Shown here piece after piece: positions 10,088 through 19,896 of a DNA stretch of 64,000 nucleotides. The notes under the pieces are model-generated. The model was not told the origin of the DNA and did not search any database. It was given only the letters and a program-made list of their open reading frames with translations. Numbering within the stretch: position 1 is the first letter of the stretch; each line of letters begins with the position of its first letter. The position numbers and the translations under genes are program-made. The DNA is from Bacillota bacterium. GTDB lineage: Bacteria > Bacillota > Clostridia > Christensenellales > SZUA-584. Where the stretch lies: positions 108,085-172,084 of the forward strand of contig JAEYZN010000021.1 of the NCBI GenBank assembly GCA_023428025.1. Direction: 5' to 3'.

Positions 10088-11464
10088 TTATCTTTTGTTA
10101 ATTTTCGCCCCTTCCGGCGTGTCTTTGACCTCGTATCCAAGAGCCGTTATCTTTTCGCGCAACGCATCCGCCGCAGCATAGTCCCGGGCAGCCCGGGCAG
10201 CCTGGCGCTGCTGCACCAGCTCTATCACCTTGTCGGGTATCGTTTCCTCCTGCGGAACCAGCCCCAGCACATCCAGCACCTTGTCCAGAGCGGCCAGCGC
10301 CTGCTCCGCGCTCTTTGTATCCCCGCCGCGCTCAAACGCAAGATTGATATCGTGTATATACTCGAAGATGGCGCCGATGGCTTCCGCCGTATTCAGATCG
10401 TCGTCCATGGCCTGCCTGAAATGTTCTTCCAGCGCGCACGTATCCTTCTCCACATCCACCGCGGTTGTGCCGCCCGTTGAGGCGATGTGCTTTAAATTGT
10501 CGCGGCAGTTCTTGATGCGCGCCATGGCTGAAGCCGCCTGCATGATCAGTTCTTCGGAGAAGTTGATCGGATTACGGTAATGCGCAGACAGCATGAAAAG
10601 CCGAACGACCTTCAGATCATACTTCTGAGCGATATCGCGAACGGTGAAGAAATTGCCCTTGGATTTGGACATCTTCTCGTTGTCCACGTTTATGTAACCG
10701 TTATGCATCCAGTAACGCGCAAACGGCTTTCCTGTCGCCGCCTCAGACTGTGCGATCTCGTTCTCGTGATGCGGGAATATCAGGTCCTGTCCGCCGCCGT
10801 GAATATCGATCGTCTCGCCAAGATAGCGCATGCTCATTGCGCTGCACTCGATATGCCAGCCGGGTCGGCCTTTTCCCCACGGGCTGTCCCAGCTGTCCTC
10901 ACCGGGTTTGGCCGCTTTCCAGAGCGCAAAATCCTCCGGGTTGCGTTTAACTTCCGCTACGTCGATACGCGCTCCGGCTTTCAAATCGTCCAGCGACTGA
11001 CCGGACAACTTTCCATATCCGGAGTAGCTTGATACATCAAAATAGACGTCGCCGTCCACTTCGTAGGCATGGCCCTTTTCAATAAGGCTGCTGACCAGAT
11101 TGATGATATCGCCGATATGCTCCGTGGCTTTGGGGTGGACGGTGGCCGGACGAATGCCCAACCCTTGTGCATCCTTATAATACTCTGCGATGAACCGCTC
11201 GCCCAGTTCCTTGAGTGTCACATGCTCTTCATTAGCGCGGGCGATCATCTTGTCGTCCACATCGGTGAAGTTCTGCACAAATGTCACTTCGAGTCCGGAA
11301 TACTCGAGGTATCTTCTTAATGTATCAAAGATTATGAACGGACGCGCATTGCCAATATGAAAAAAATTGTATACCGTGGGGCCGCAGGCATATATTTTCG
11401 CTTTGCCCGCTTCCACCGGAATAAACTCATCTTTCTTTCGCGTCATCGTATTGAAAATCTTCAA
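10088..11464 (-). CDS. cysS: cysteine--tRNA ligase
   Basis: 458 aa with class I aaRS HIGN (FHIGNARP) and KMSKS (KMSKSKGN) motifs. TTG start preceded by GGGGTGA. Confidence 0.95.
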   Translation of the reverse strand: MKIFNTMTRKKDEFIPVEAGKAKIYACGPTVYNFFHIGNARPFIIFDTLRRYLEYSGLEVTFVQNFTDVDDKMIARANEEHVTLKELGERFIAEYYKDAQGLGIRPATVHPKATEHIGDIINLVSSLIEKGHAYEVDGDVYFDVSSYSGYGKLSGQSLDDLKAGARIDVAEVKRNPEDFALWKAAKPGEDSWDSPWGKGRPGWHIECSAMSMRYLGETIDIHGGGQDLIFPHHENEIAQSEAATGKPFARYWMHNGYINVDNEKMSKSKGNFFTVRDIAQKYDLKVVRLFMLSAHYRNPINFSEELIMQAASAMARIKNCRDNLKHIASTGGTTAVDVEKDTCALEEHFRQAMDDDLNTAEAIGAIFEYIHDINLAFERGGDTKSAEQALAALDKVLDVLGLVPQEETIPDKVIELVQQRQAARAARDYAAADALREKITALGYEVKDTPEGAKINKR

Positions 11465-11499
11465 TGTTCTTCACCCCTGCCCTAAAACTCTATCGGCTC

Positions 11500-11528
11500 A
11501 TTATAATATATGCGCATGGTCGCGTCAA
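11500..11528 (-). promoter_or_regulatory. sigma-A-type promoter of cysS
   Basis: Minus strand: TTGACG (11523-11528), a 17-nt spacer, then TATAAT (11500-11505). This predicts a leader of about 30 nt. Confidence 0.6.
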
Positions 11529-11660
11529 TTGACATCCTTGGCTCTCCAGCCTGTCTAAAACCATAATCCACAACAAGCGGATAAATTGCCTAACGATCAT
11601 TTTATCACTCCGATATGCGGCTGCATAGTCCGTCATGTCGGTTAAATCGTATTCAGGCAT

Positions 11661-11686
11661 AAAAAAGCCTGCCAAAAACGGCAGGT
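11661..11686 (-). terminator. intrinsic terminator about 210 nt downstream of ftsZ
   Basis: Minus-strand RNA: CCTGCC-GTTTTT-GGCAGG followed by CTTTTTTA. Confidence 0.55.
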
Positions 11687-11896
11687 TCAGACCGCTGACA
11701 AAGCCCAACTGCTGCGTTATTTTTGCGCTTGCTCCTCGGAGTAGCGCTGCTACACCATCGTCACAATGCTCAAAACGCCTTGCATTTGGAACTTTTCAGC
11801 GGCCTTCATATTCCTGATTGCATCTCATTGACGATAACCATGTTTGTCATCAAGCTGAGACCGGGCAAAAACGGCAGGCTTTAAACAACCTAATTA

Positions 11897-13039
11897 TCAG
11901 AAATCCTTTTTGATACGTTTGCGCCTCAGGAACGGCGGAATATCCAGTTCGTTGCCCGAATCGGCAAAGCTGCCAGAAACCGGCCCTTTTCTTTCAGGCT
12001 GCCGCACCGGTATAAAATCCTCGTCGTCCAGACTTTCCGTCATACGCGTCTCTTCCTTCGTGATCGATGGTTTGGGCTTGCGAATGCCGCCAAAGCCTGT
12101 GGCGATCACCGTGATGCGGACTTCATCCTCCAAACTGTCGTCGGTATCCGCGCCGAAGAATATATTCGCTTCCTGATCAGCCGCCTGACGGATGAGGTTG
12201 GCTGCCTCTTCAATCTCAAGCAGACTCATCGTAGGGTCTCCCGTCACATTATAGAGGATTCCGCGCGCGCCCTCGATGCTTGTCTCAAGAAGCGGGCTCT
12301 GAATAGCCTGTTTGGCAGCATCCATCGTCTTGTTGTCGCCATAACCTACGCCGATGCCCATGTGCGCCACGCCTCGCTCCATCATCACAGTACGCACGTC
12401 CGCAAAATCCAGATTGACCAGCGCCGGTTTGACGATAAGATCGGTGATGCCCTGTATGCCCTGCCGGAGCACATCGTCCGCCACGCGGAAGGCTTCCAGC
12501 ATGGAAGTGCCTTTTCCGATGACCTGCAGCAGCTTGTCGTTGGGAATCGTCACAATGGTATCCACCACATCGGTCAGCACCGCATGGCCATCCCTGGCCC
12601 GCGTCAGCCGCTGCCCGCCTTCAAACATGAACGGCATCGTCACCACTGCCACGGTCAGTATGTTTTTCTGCCGGGCCAGCTCCGCGATGACAGGCGCAGC
12701 GCCCGTTCCCGTGCCGCCGCCCAAGCCTGCCGCGATATACACCAGATTGGCGCCTTCCACGATCTCGGCCAGCTCGTCGATGCTCTCTTCCGCGGCGCGT
12801 TTGCCAATGGACGGATCGCCGCCCACGCCGAGGCCGCTTGTCAGCTTTTCGCCGATCTGTATTTTATTCTTGCATTTTGAGAGCAGCAGAGCCTGCTTGT
12901 CCGTATTGATGGCAAAAAACTCCGCGCCGGTCAACCCATGTTCAATCATGCGATTGATAGCATTGTTACCCGCTCCGCCAACGCCGATCACTTTGATCTT
13001 GGCGATGCTGTCCTGTTCAACGTCGATTTCTAATGGCAT
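11897..13039 (-). CDS. ftsZ: cell division GTPase FtsZ
   Basis: Tubulin signature GGGTGTGAAPV and GVGGAGNNA. The start is placed at the internal ATG (13039), which is preceded by AAGGGGG. The longer ORF reaching 13120 has no SD. Confidence 0.95.
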   Translation of the reverse strand: MPLEIDVEQDSIAKIKVIGVGGAGNNAINRMIEHGLTGAEFFAINTDKQALLLSKCKNKIQIGEKLTSGLGVGGDPSIGKRAAEESIDELAEIVEGANLVYIAAGLGGGTGTGAAPVIAELARQKNILTVAVVTMPFMFEGGQRLTRARDGHAVLTDVVDTIVTIPNDKLLQVIGKGTSMLEAFRVADDVLRQGIQGITDLIVKPALVNLDFADVRTVMMERGVAHMGIGVGYGDNKTMDAAKQAIQSPLLETSIEGARGILYNVTGDPTMSLLEIEEAANLIRQAADQEANIFFGADTDDSLEDEVRITVIATGFGGIRKPKPSITKEETRMTESLDDEDFIPVRQPERKGPVSGSFADSGNELDIPPFLRRKRIKKDF

Positions 13040-13061
13040 GTTAACCCCCTTAATATGGACG

Positions 13062-14243
13062 TCAGTCAAACATCTTTTCTGACAACCGTCCAAGTATAGA
13101 CTTTCCGCCTCGTCCCTCACTTAAATAATCACTTTCGAAAACGTAGTCCAGCAAAGCCAACGCCACGTAATAATTCGGTGTGGCAAGTTGAGGCGCTTCT
13201 ATCATTGAGACGCGTATCTGCCTCTTTAAATATCTTTGCAGTGCGTCTTTCGAACCTTTCATCATGGCGACCCCGCCGCCCGACAGATATATCCTGGTAC
13301 GACGGGCTACAGTGAGTGGGCTGTTCTGCAAAGCATCGTAAATCAACGAACATATCTGCTCGACCCTGGCGTCAATCACTTCTGCTATCATACCGTGGCT
13401 GTATCTTTCCAGCCTGCCACTCTTTAATTTAGCATAATCATATAACTTCGTACCATTATTTTCAAGGCCAAACGAAAAGCGTTTTTTTATCTGCTCAGCC
13501 GATTCCACATCCATGTTCATCACAATGGATAAATCGTTGGCAATATGCATACCGCCTGCATGTACCGTCTTATTATATACAATTGCATCACCATACACAA
13601 CCGTCACATTGGTATCGAAATAGCCAATATTAAGAAGTACGGCGCTGCAATCCCGCTCTTCTGTCGGCACCAGAAAGAGGCTTTCCGCCAGAACTTCGGG
13701 TATGAACGCACGGATTTTAACGTTCAGGCCGCTGAGTATGGCTGTCACATCGTCGATGAACTCGTTGCTTGCATATACAAAACTGACCAGGCCGCGGAGT
13801 TCGCGCGCGCTGTTTCCAACCACATCGATATAGTGGTTGCCGTCATCCAACACGAAATATACCGGCGTGCTGGCAACGATGGTATGCCGAATATCGTCTA
13901 TACTTTTCTCAGCATCGTCTATCATGTTTTCAATGTCCTTGACGGTGACGCGCCCGCCGGGAACCTGTGCATACCCTTCGCAACAGACCACTTTACAGAA
14001 CCCGCCGGGCACTCCGACGAAGATTTCCCGCACACGCTTTTTGGCTTTTCTCTCGGCAATTGCAAGCGCTTTGGCCACCGCCTCTTCCACGTTGGACGGT
14101 TTTAGCCAGCGGCTGTTCTTTATTCCTTCATATCTCGCTTCGCCGGTCCCCAACACCTCAAAGCGACCAACCGATTTTTCGCGCCCGATCACACATATGA
14201 TCTTGGACGTGCCAAACTCGATTGCAGCCGTTACGCTTTTCAT
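13062..14243 (-). CDS. ftsA: cell division protein FtsA (actin-like ATPase)
   Basis: About 393 aa with an FtsA-like N-terminus (AIEFGTSKI..V) and glycine-rich actin-fold loops (LSGGGVAM). Lies directly upstream of ftsZ. The ATG at 14243 is preferred over the GTG at 14264. Confidence 0.85.
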   Translation of the reverse strand: MKSVTAAIEFGTSKIICVIGREKSVGRFEVLGTGEARYEGIKNSRWLKPSNVEEAVAKALAIAERKAKKRVREIFVGVPGGFCKVVCCEGYAQVPGGRVTVKDIENMIDDAEKSIDDIRHTIVASTPVYFVLDDGNHYIDVVGNSARELRGLVSFVYASNEFIDDVTAILSGLNVKIRAFIPEVLAESLFLVPTEERDCSAVLLNIGYFDTNVTVVYGDAIVYNKTVHAGGMHIANDLSIVMNMDVESAEQIKKRFSFGLENNGTKLYDYAKLKSGRLERYSHGMIAEVIDARVEQICSLIYDALQNSPLTVARRTRIYLSGGGVAMMKGSKDALQRYLKRQIRVSMIEAPQLATPNYYVALALLDYVFESDYLSEGRGGKSILGRLSEKMFD

Positions 14244-14337
14244 CGCCGCCCCGTTACCCCTCACCCATTAATTCACAAAAAAAGTATATACATTGCCAAT
14301 GTTATAATAGCACGTCTGTCAATAATAACAAATACAT

Positions 14338-15057
14338 TTAAGCAGATTTCTCTCTAAAATATGCTTTATCCACAGACGATACATCAAGAATTCCACTTTG
14401 TTTCCCCAAATTCTCGATTTCTTTAGCCGATGCATTGACCAAAGCCATCTTTTCATCCAGTCGCGTATCGTCTCCCAGCTCCACTGCCAGCCCGTTTGCC
14501 AGCGTCACCACGATGTCGGCCGCCAGCGTAACGTCTACGCTGTCCAGAATGATTTTCCCATCCCCCGCCGCTTTAATGACCCGCGTCATCACTTCCACGC
14601 GAAACATGTCGCCCGAGGAGAGCGGCTTGCCCACCTCAAACGCATCCGCCTGCAAGCCGTAAACAAGCGGCCTCTCAGTACCCACCGGCTGTGTCTTCAC
14701 ATCGATAATCCAGCCTTCGCCGTCTATCACAATAAGCGCGCCGTTCTTTTCTATGTACGCAGCCGGCATCCGTTCCTCCACTGTGATGATGACCCGGCTT
14801 GGATATTTCACCTCAACACTGACCGGTTTGATACGGGGATCGGTCGATAATGCATCCATAATGGCCTGCTTGTCCAACAAAAATATGTTCTCGCCATATT
14901 TCAAGCCGGACAAATCCACCACGGCTTTGGCCTCCAGTGTTTCGCAGCCCATCACCGCCACTTCCTTCACACGGAATATGACATAAGCCACAAAGACCAG
15001 CGCTGCCAGCAGCAAAACAGCGGAAACGGTCAGCAGCGCTTTCTTGCCTTTGTTCAA
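14338..15057 (-). CDS. ftsQ: cell division protein FtsQ/DivIB
   Basis: A single TM (LLTVSAVLLLAALVFVAYVIF) is followed by a POTRA-like and FtsQ-type domain. The TTG start at 15057 is preceded by AGGAGGGAGG. The upstream in-frame extension overlaps murA and is rejected. Confidence 0.75.
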   Translation of the reverse strand: MNKGKKALLTVSAVLLLAALVFVAYVIFRVKEVAVMGCETLEAKAVVDLSGLKYGENIFLLDKQAIMDALSTDPRIKPVSVEVKYPSRVIITVEERMPAAYIEKNGALIVIDGEGWIIDVKTQPVGTERPLVYGLQADAFEVGKPLSSGDMFRVEVMTRVIKAAGDGKIILDSVDVTLAADIVVTLANGLAVELGDDTRLDEKMALVNASAKEIENLGKQSGILDVSSVDKAYFREKSA

Positions 15058-15061
15058 CAGC

Positions 15062-16315
15062 CTATTCCTCCCTCCTGATATCGGCACCCAGCATCCGGAG
15101 TTCCGACTCAAACGTCTCGTAGCCCCGGTCGATGATGCGCGCCTGGTCAACTGTCGTCGTTCCTTCGGCACCCAATCCCGCCAGCACCAGTGCCGCACCG
15201 CCGCGCAGGTCCATCGTTTTCACCTCCGCGCCATGCAGCTTTTCTACACCCTTAATAACCGCCACATTGTTCTTTGTCACAATATTCGCGCCCATACGCA
15301 GCAACTCGCTGACATGCTTGAACCTGTTGTCGAAAACGCTCTCGACAATGATACTGGTTCCTTTTGCGATGCTGGCCGCGGCACACATCTGAGCTTGCAT
15401 ATCCGTGGGAAACCCTGGGTACGGGCCTGTCTCAATCAAATGCATCTCCCTGGGACGTCCCTGTCCCTCCACCGTGATCACATCTTCATAGACCCGGATC
15501 AGAGCGCCTGCTTCCCTAAGCTTGGTCGTGATCGCGAAGAGATGTTCCGGCACCACGTTCCTTACGGTGATCTTGCCGTTTGTCACCACAGCGGCCACCA
15601 TAAACGTACCCGCCACAATTCTGTCAGGGATGCACGTATATGCAAACCCTCCCAGCTTTTCTTTGCCTTCAATTAGAATCGTGCTGGAACCCGCGCCCGA
15701 TATGCCACCGCCCATCTGGTTGATGACATTCTGCAGTTCCACGATCTCAGGTTCGCGTGCGGCATTGCGGATCACCGTTCTCCCAGGAGCCAGCGAGGCA
15801 GCCATCATAAGGTTCTCCGTCGCGCCGACACTCGGGTAATCCAGGTGAACGTCGCCGCCCTTCAAATGACGGCCTTCGCACATAATGTGGCCGCCCGCTT
15901 CCGTTACGTTTACACCCAGGCTTTTCAGGCCGCGCAGATGCAGGTCGATGGGGCGGCTTCCGATCTCGCATCCGCCGGGATACGTGAAACGCGCCATGCG
16001 AAAACGCGCCAGTATCGGCCCCATCATGAATATAGAGGAACGAATCTCCTTCGCCAGCTTGTCGGGCATTTCCCACCGCTGAGCGTGCCGCGTGTCGATG
16101 ACCAGCCTGTCTTTTTCATATTCCACATGCGCACCAATATGCTCCAGTATCGAAAGCATATTGTACACATCCGAAATGGCCGGCCAGTTATATACGATCA
16201 CGGGCTCCTCTGTGAGTAATGCCGCTGCAAAAACCGGAAGCGCCGCGTTCTTTGCACCCTGTACGCTCAGTTCGCCCTCCAGCCGCGCTCCTCCATTAAT
16301 TATCAGTTTCGCCAT
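15062..16315 (-). CDS. murA: UDP-N-acetylglucosamine 1-carboxyvinyltransferase
   Basis: About 417 aa with an EPSP-synthase-like fold and the active-site Cys loop YPGGCEIGSRPIDLH. ATG at 16315 preceded by GGGGG. Confidence 0.92.
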   Translation of the reverse strand: MAKLIINGGARLEGELSVQGAKNAALPVFAAALLTEEPVIVYNWPAISDVYNMLSILEHIGAHVEYEKDRLVIDTRHAQRWEMPDKLAKEIRSSIFMMGPILARFRMARFTYPGGCEIGSRPIDLHLRGLKSLGVNVTEAGGHIMCEGRHLKGGDVHLDYPSVGATENLMMAASLAPGRTVIRNAAREPEIVELQNVINQMGGGISGAGSSTILIEGKEKLGGFAYTCIPDRIVAGTFMVAAVVTNGKITVRNVVPEHLFAITTKLREAGALIRVYEDVITVEGQGRPREMHLIETGPYPGFPTDMQAQMCAAASIAKGTSIIVESVFDNRFKHVSELLRMGANIVTKNNVAVIKGVEKLHGAEVKTMDLRGGAALVLAGLGAEGTTTVDQARIIDRGYETFESELRMLGADIRREE

Positions 16316-16373
16316 GTTGGACCCCCGCATATCTATACATACAATATTTTATGCAGGCTCATCCGAGTTGTGC

Positions 16374-17480
16374 TTACGCGGCCCGGGTCTGGCGGGATAT
16401 GTTGAGCAGCACGCCGATGCAACCCATAAACATGATCAGAGACGTACGCCCCGCGCTGATAAACGGCAGCACCACACCGGTGGGCGGCACCATGCCGGTG
16501 ACCACGCCGACGTTGATAAATACCTGAATGGCAATCAGCGCCGTAATGCCCGTTGCCAGCATCATGCCAAAGGTGTTGGGTGCACGCAGAGCGATGCGCA
16601 CGCCTCGCCAAATCAGCAGCCCAAATACAATGAGCAGCAGCAAACCGCCGATATAGCCTAATTCCTCCACTACAATGGCGAATATGCAGTCTGATTCGCT
16701 GTATGGCAGATACAAAAATTTCTGTCGCGAATTGCCCAGCCCCAAACCGAACAGGCCACCGGAACCGATCGAATACAACGATTGGATGAGCTGATAGCTC
16801 TCGTCCGCCGCATAAGTCCAAGGGTCCATAAAAGCGAATATCCTGTCCATGCGGTATTTGGTGGCCACCATCGCCACCGCTCCCCCGGCAATGCCGATGC
16901 CGCCCATGATGCCGAAATGCAGCAGGTTCGCTCCACCCACCAGCATCATCACGAACATCATCAGCGCCAGCGTGACCACCGCGCTGAAATTGGGCTGGAA
17001 ATAAAGCAGTACCGCCGCAATAACCAGCAGGATCAGATAAGGCAGCATGCCGTATTTGAACTGGCGCATCTTCTCCTGATTGATGGAGATACCCGCCGCC
17101 ATAAACACGATGATGGCGAATTTCAATACTTCCACGGATTGGAGATCGAGAAAATACAGGTTGACCCATCGCCGCGAACCGTTGACCTCGATGCCAATGC
17201 CCGGCACAAACACCAGCACCATCAGCAGCAGGGCGATGCCGAGTATGATAAAACGCAATTTCAGGAACTTGTTATAGTCGAAGAACATGGCGGCGATCAT
17301 CGCCACAAGGCCGATGGCCGCTCCGCTGATCTGCTTCCAGAAATAAAAATAACCATCGTGGTTGGTATTGGCGCTGTTTTCCGCGGCATAGAAACTGGCG
17401 CTGAACACCATTACGATGCCGAACAGGACCAGCACGATTGTGAGGACAAGAAGCGTATAGTCAAAGGAGCGTTTGACCAT
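16374..17480 (-). CDS. ftsW: SEDS-family peptidoglycan glycosyltransferase (FtsW/SpoVE type)
   Basis: 368-aa polytopic membrane protein with an FtsW/RodA-like sequence. It occupies the dcw position between murD and the murG/murA slot. Confidence 0.85.
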   Translation of the reverse strand: MVKRSFDYTLLVLTIVLVLFGIVMVFSASFYAAENSANTNHDGYFYFWKQISGAAIGLVAMIAAMFFDYNKFLKLRFIILGIALLLMVLVFVPGIGIEVNGSRRWVNLYFLDLQSVEVLKFAIIVFMAAGISINQEKMRQFKYGMLPYLILLVIAAVLLYFQPNFSAVVTLALMMFVMMLVGGANLLHFGIMGGIGIAGGAVAMVATKYRMDRIFAFMDPWTYAADESYQLIQSLYSIGSGGLFGLGLGNSRQKFLYLPYSESDCIFAIVVEELGYIGGLLLLIVFGLLIWRGVRIALRAPNTFGMMLATGITALIAIQVFINVGVVTGMVPPTGVVLPFISAGRTSLIMFMGCIGVLLNISRQTRAA

Positions 17481-17489
17481 GTTAACCCC

Positions 17490-18842
17490 CTAGAATGAAT
17501 TGACGATGCTCTTGAACACCCGTCCTCTCTGCTCAAAATCGTCAAACATATCGTAGCTTGCGCATGCGGGAGACAGCAGCACGTTCCAACCGTCCCGCGC
17601 CAGTTCCCTGCATTTGCGCACCGCCTCTTCAAAGCCTCTTGCCGTATAGATGTTCGCAAATCCGGCTTTGCCCGCGTCGCTCAATATCTTTTGCTGCGTA
17701 TCACCGATAGCCACGATGGCGCGTATATGTTCGCCAAAGCCCGCTATCAGCGCTTCAAAGCTGTTGTATTTGTCGTAGCCACCCAGTATCAGCACCGTCG
17801 GACGGGTCATGGCGGCGGCGGCCTTCTCTGTTGCGTCGGGGTTGGTCCCCTTTGAGTCGTTGATGTATCGCACGCCGTCCAGTTCGCGCACGAACTCAAT
17901 GCGGTGCTCCACGCCGGGGAACGTCATCAGCGTATGACGTATGACGCGTTCGGGGATATTGTAGCACCGGGCCAGCGCGGTGGCCGCAAGCGCATTTTCC
18001 AGGTTGTGCGCGCCGGGTATCTTCAACTCGTCCGCCCGGCATATCACGTGGTCCCCGTCATCCTCAGCGCTCACGATGCGCCCTTCATCTATAAATACGC
18101 CGTCCGTCAGCGTAACTTGCCGCGAAAACCAAATAATCTTTGACTTTTGTTTGCCCGCCATTGCCCGCGTGATCTCATTGTCGTAGTTGAGCACGCAAAA
18201 ATCATCTTGGGTCTGGTTCTCGAAAATCCGTTCCTTGGCCGCCGTATAGTTCTCCATCGTACCATATCGATTCAGATGGTCTTCGGTGATGTTGAGCACC
18301 GTGCAGGCATGCGGGACGAATTCTTCTATGGTCTCCAGCTGCAGCGCCGCCGTCTCCGCCACGATGATATCGCCTTTTTGGGTCTTATCCGCATCCGCCG
18401 CGATGGGCACGCCGATGTTGCCCAGCACGAACGTGTTAAAACCGGCGTTTTTGAATATCTCGCCCGTCAGCGCCGTTGTGGTCGTTTTTCCGTTGGTGCC
18501 GGTGATCGCGACGAATTCGGCCTGCGCATATAAAAAGCCCAGCTCGATCTCACCGATCACCTTCTTGCCGTCGTGCTGCGCCTTCAAGATGAAATCAAGA
18601 TTTGTCGGCACGCCGGGGCTCAGTACCAATGCGTCGGCAGAGGCCGTCACAGAAGCCGCATCCACGCCCAAGGCCAGTTCGGCCTGCCCTGCGAATTCAC
18701 CAAAAGCGCCCACCGGGAATTTATCAACAGTCTTGGCGTCGTAGAGCACCACCTGCGCGCCTTTGCTGAGCAGCAGGCGCGCGCTCGCGAAGCCGCTTTT
18801 CGCCATGCCGACGACCATCACCCTTTTGCCCTGAAAATCCAT
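17490..18842 (-). CDS. murD: UDP-N-acetylmuramoylalanine--D-glutamate ligase
   Basis: 450 aa with an N-terminal GMAKSG dinucleotide fold and the Mur ligase P-loop GTNGKTTTT. Confidence 0.92.
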   Translation of the reverse strand: MDFQGKRVMVVGMAKSGFASARLLLSKGAQVVLYDAKTVDKFPVGAFGEFAGQAELALGVDAASVTASADALVLSPGVPTNLDFILKAQHDGKKVIGEIELGFLYAQAEFVAITGTNGKTTTTALTGEIFKNAGFNTFVLGNIGVPIAADADKTQKGDIIVAETAALQLETIEEFVPHACTVLNITEDHLNRYGTMENYTAAKERIFENQTQDDFCVLNYDNEITRAMAGKQKSKIIWFSRQVTLTDGVFIDEGRIVSAEDDGDHVICRADELKIPGAHNLENALAATALARCYNIPERVIRHTLMTFPGVEHRIEFVRELDGVRYINDSKGTNPDATEKAAAAMTRPTVLILGGYDKYNSFEALIAGFGEHIRAIVAIGDTQQKILSDAGKAGFANIYTARGFEEAVRKCRELARDGWNVLLSPACASYDMFDDFEQRGRVFKSIVNSF

Positions 18843-18852
18843 ACTCCCCCCA

Positions 18853-19854
18853 TCAGTTGACAGACAAAATCGCCACGAGGCAAAGCAGCACCGTGATCAT
18901 CATATAGAACGCCACGATCTTTGTTTCGGGTATCCCTTTAAGCTCGAAATGGTGATGTATAGGCGCCATCTTGAACACGCGCTTTTTGCGCAGCTTGTAT
19001 GACCCCACCTGCAGTATCACCGAAACGGACGTGAGCACAAACAGCAGGCCCGTGATGAGCAGCAGCAGCTGCAACCTAGACACAATGGCGATGACTGTGA
19101 CGGCCGCGCCCAGCGCCAGTGAGCCGGTATCCCCCATAAACACCTTGGCCGGATATGTGTTGAAGCGCAGGAACCCGAGGCATGCTCCCGTCAGCGCGGC
19201 CGAGAACACCATCATGTTGCTGATGCGCGCCGCGGCCAGGTCCTGTCCGGTAGACACATAGAGCTGGTACATGCCAAACAGAATCACCGTATAGGCCGCC
19301 GTATTGATCATCGTAACGCCCGATGCCAACCCGTCCAGCCCGTCCGTCAGGTTGACGCTGTTGACCATGGCTACAATCGCAAAAACGGTGAACGGTACGT
19401 ACCATCCGCCGAGGTCCCATTCAAGCCCGCCTGTAAACGGCACGATGATTTTCGAGCCGATGGCGGGGTCGTTATAGGCAAAGAAAGCCACGATCAACGC
19501 GATACCGAGCTGCCCGACGATCTTCTGGTAAGCCTTGAGGCCTAATGAACGCTTCTTGACAATGATGATCAGGTCGTCCAGCAGGCCGATCAGGCCGTAT
19601 CCCAGCGTGACACCCAGCGAAAGCCAAACATATTCAAAGCTGCCCCGCGCAAAAATGATGGTGGCAGCAGAGAGCGCGATCAGCATGATAATGCCGCCCA
19701 TCGTGGGCGTTCCTGTTTTGGACAGATGGGTTTTGGGGCCGTCGTCCCGAACCTGCTGACCGAACTTCAAACGTTTCAAAAGCGGCACGCCTACATAGCC
19801 CACCGCCAGTGCGATGAAAAACGACGCCAGCACCGCATAGATAATGATATCCAT
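18853..19854 (-). CDS. mraY: phospho-N-acetylmuramoyl-pentapeptide transferase
   Basis: Motifs GTPTMGG, NLTDGLDGLA and MGDTGSLALG. The start is placed at the ATG at 19854, downstream of an AGGAGA. The ORF is open to 19881, but no SD precedes that position. Confidence 0.9.
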   Translation of the reverse strand: MDIIIYAVLASFFIALAVGYVGVPLLKRLKFGQQVRDDGPKTHLSKTGTPTMGGIIMLIALSAATIIFARGSFEYVWLSLGVTLGYGLIGLLDDLIIIVKKRSLGLKAYQKIVGQLGIALIVAFFAYNDPAIGSKIIVPFTGGLEWDLGGWYVPFTVFAIVAMVNSVNLTDGLDGLASGVTMINTAAYTVILFGMYQLYVSTGQDLAAARISNMMVFSAALTGACLGFLRFNTYPAKVFMGDTGSLALGAAVTVIAIVSRLQLLLLITGLLFVLTSVSVILQVGSYKLRKKRVFKMAPIHHHFELKGIPETKIVAFYMMITVLLCLVAILSVN

Positions 19855-19896
19855 AGCCGTGTTATCTCCTGTGTGCATCATATGTCTATTATACGT

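Noticed and set aside
11490-11708. 72-aa minus-strand ORF between ftsZ and cysS.
   Set aside because: It reads straight through the intrinsic terminator and the cysS promoter. It has no SD at either candidate start and no recognisable features.
11690-11860. Possible T-box leader for cysS. The cues were AAATGCAAG (a potential UGC specifier) and GATGGTGTAGCAGCGC (resembling the T-box GGUGGUACCGCG), followed by a terminator.
   Set aside because: - The T-box-like 14-mer matches poorly.
- It cannot form an antiterminator with the left arm of the terminator (no GGCAGG-complementary segment).
- The terminator lies about 200 nt upstream of the cysS start.
- cysS has its own near-consensus promoter downstream of the terminator.

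A covariance-model (T-box family) search would settle this.
13040-13120. 27-codon N-terminal extension of the ftsZ ORF, and similarly the 47-codon extension of ftsQ (15058-15198).
   Set aside because: - The internal starts have strong SDs (AAGGGGG and AGGAGGGAGG).
- Those starts give canonical N-termini.
- The extensions overlap the upstream genes (ftsA and murA).
16333-17169. 278-aa minus-strand ORF in an alternative frame of ftsW.
   Set aside because: It overlaps the SEDS protein frame, which has the expected polytopic hydrophobic pattern. The alternative frame is Gly/Arg/His-rich.
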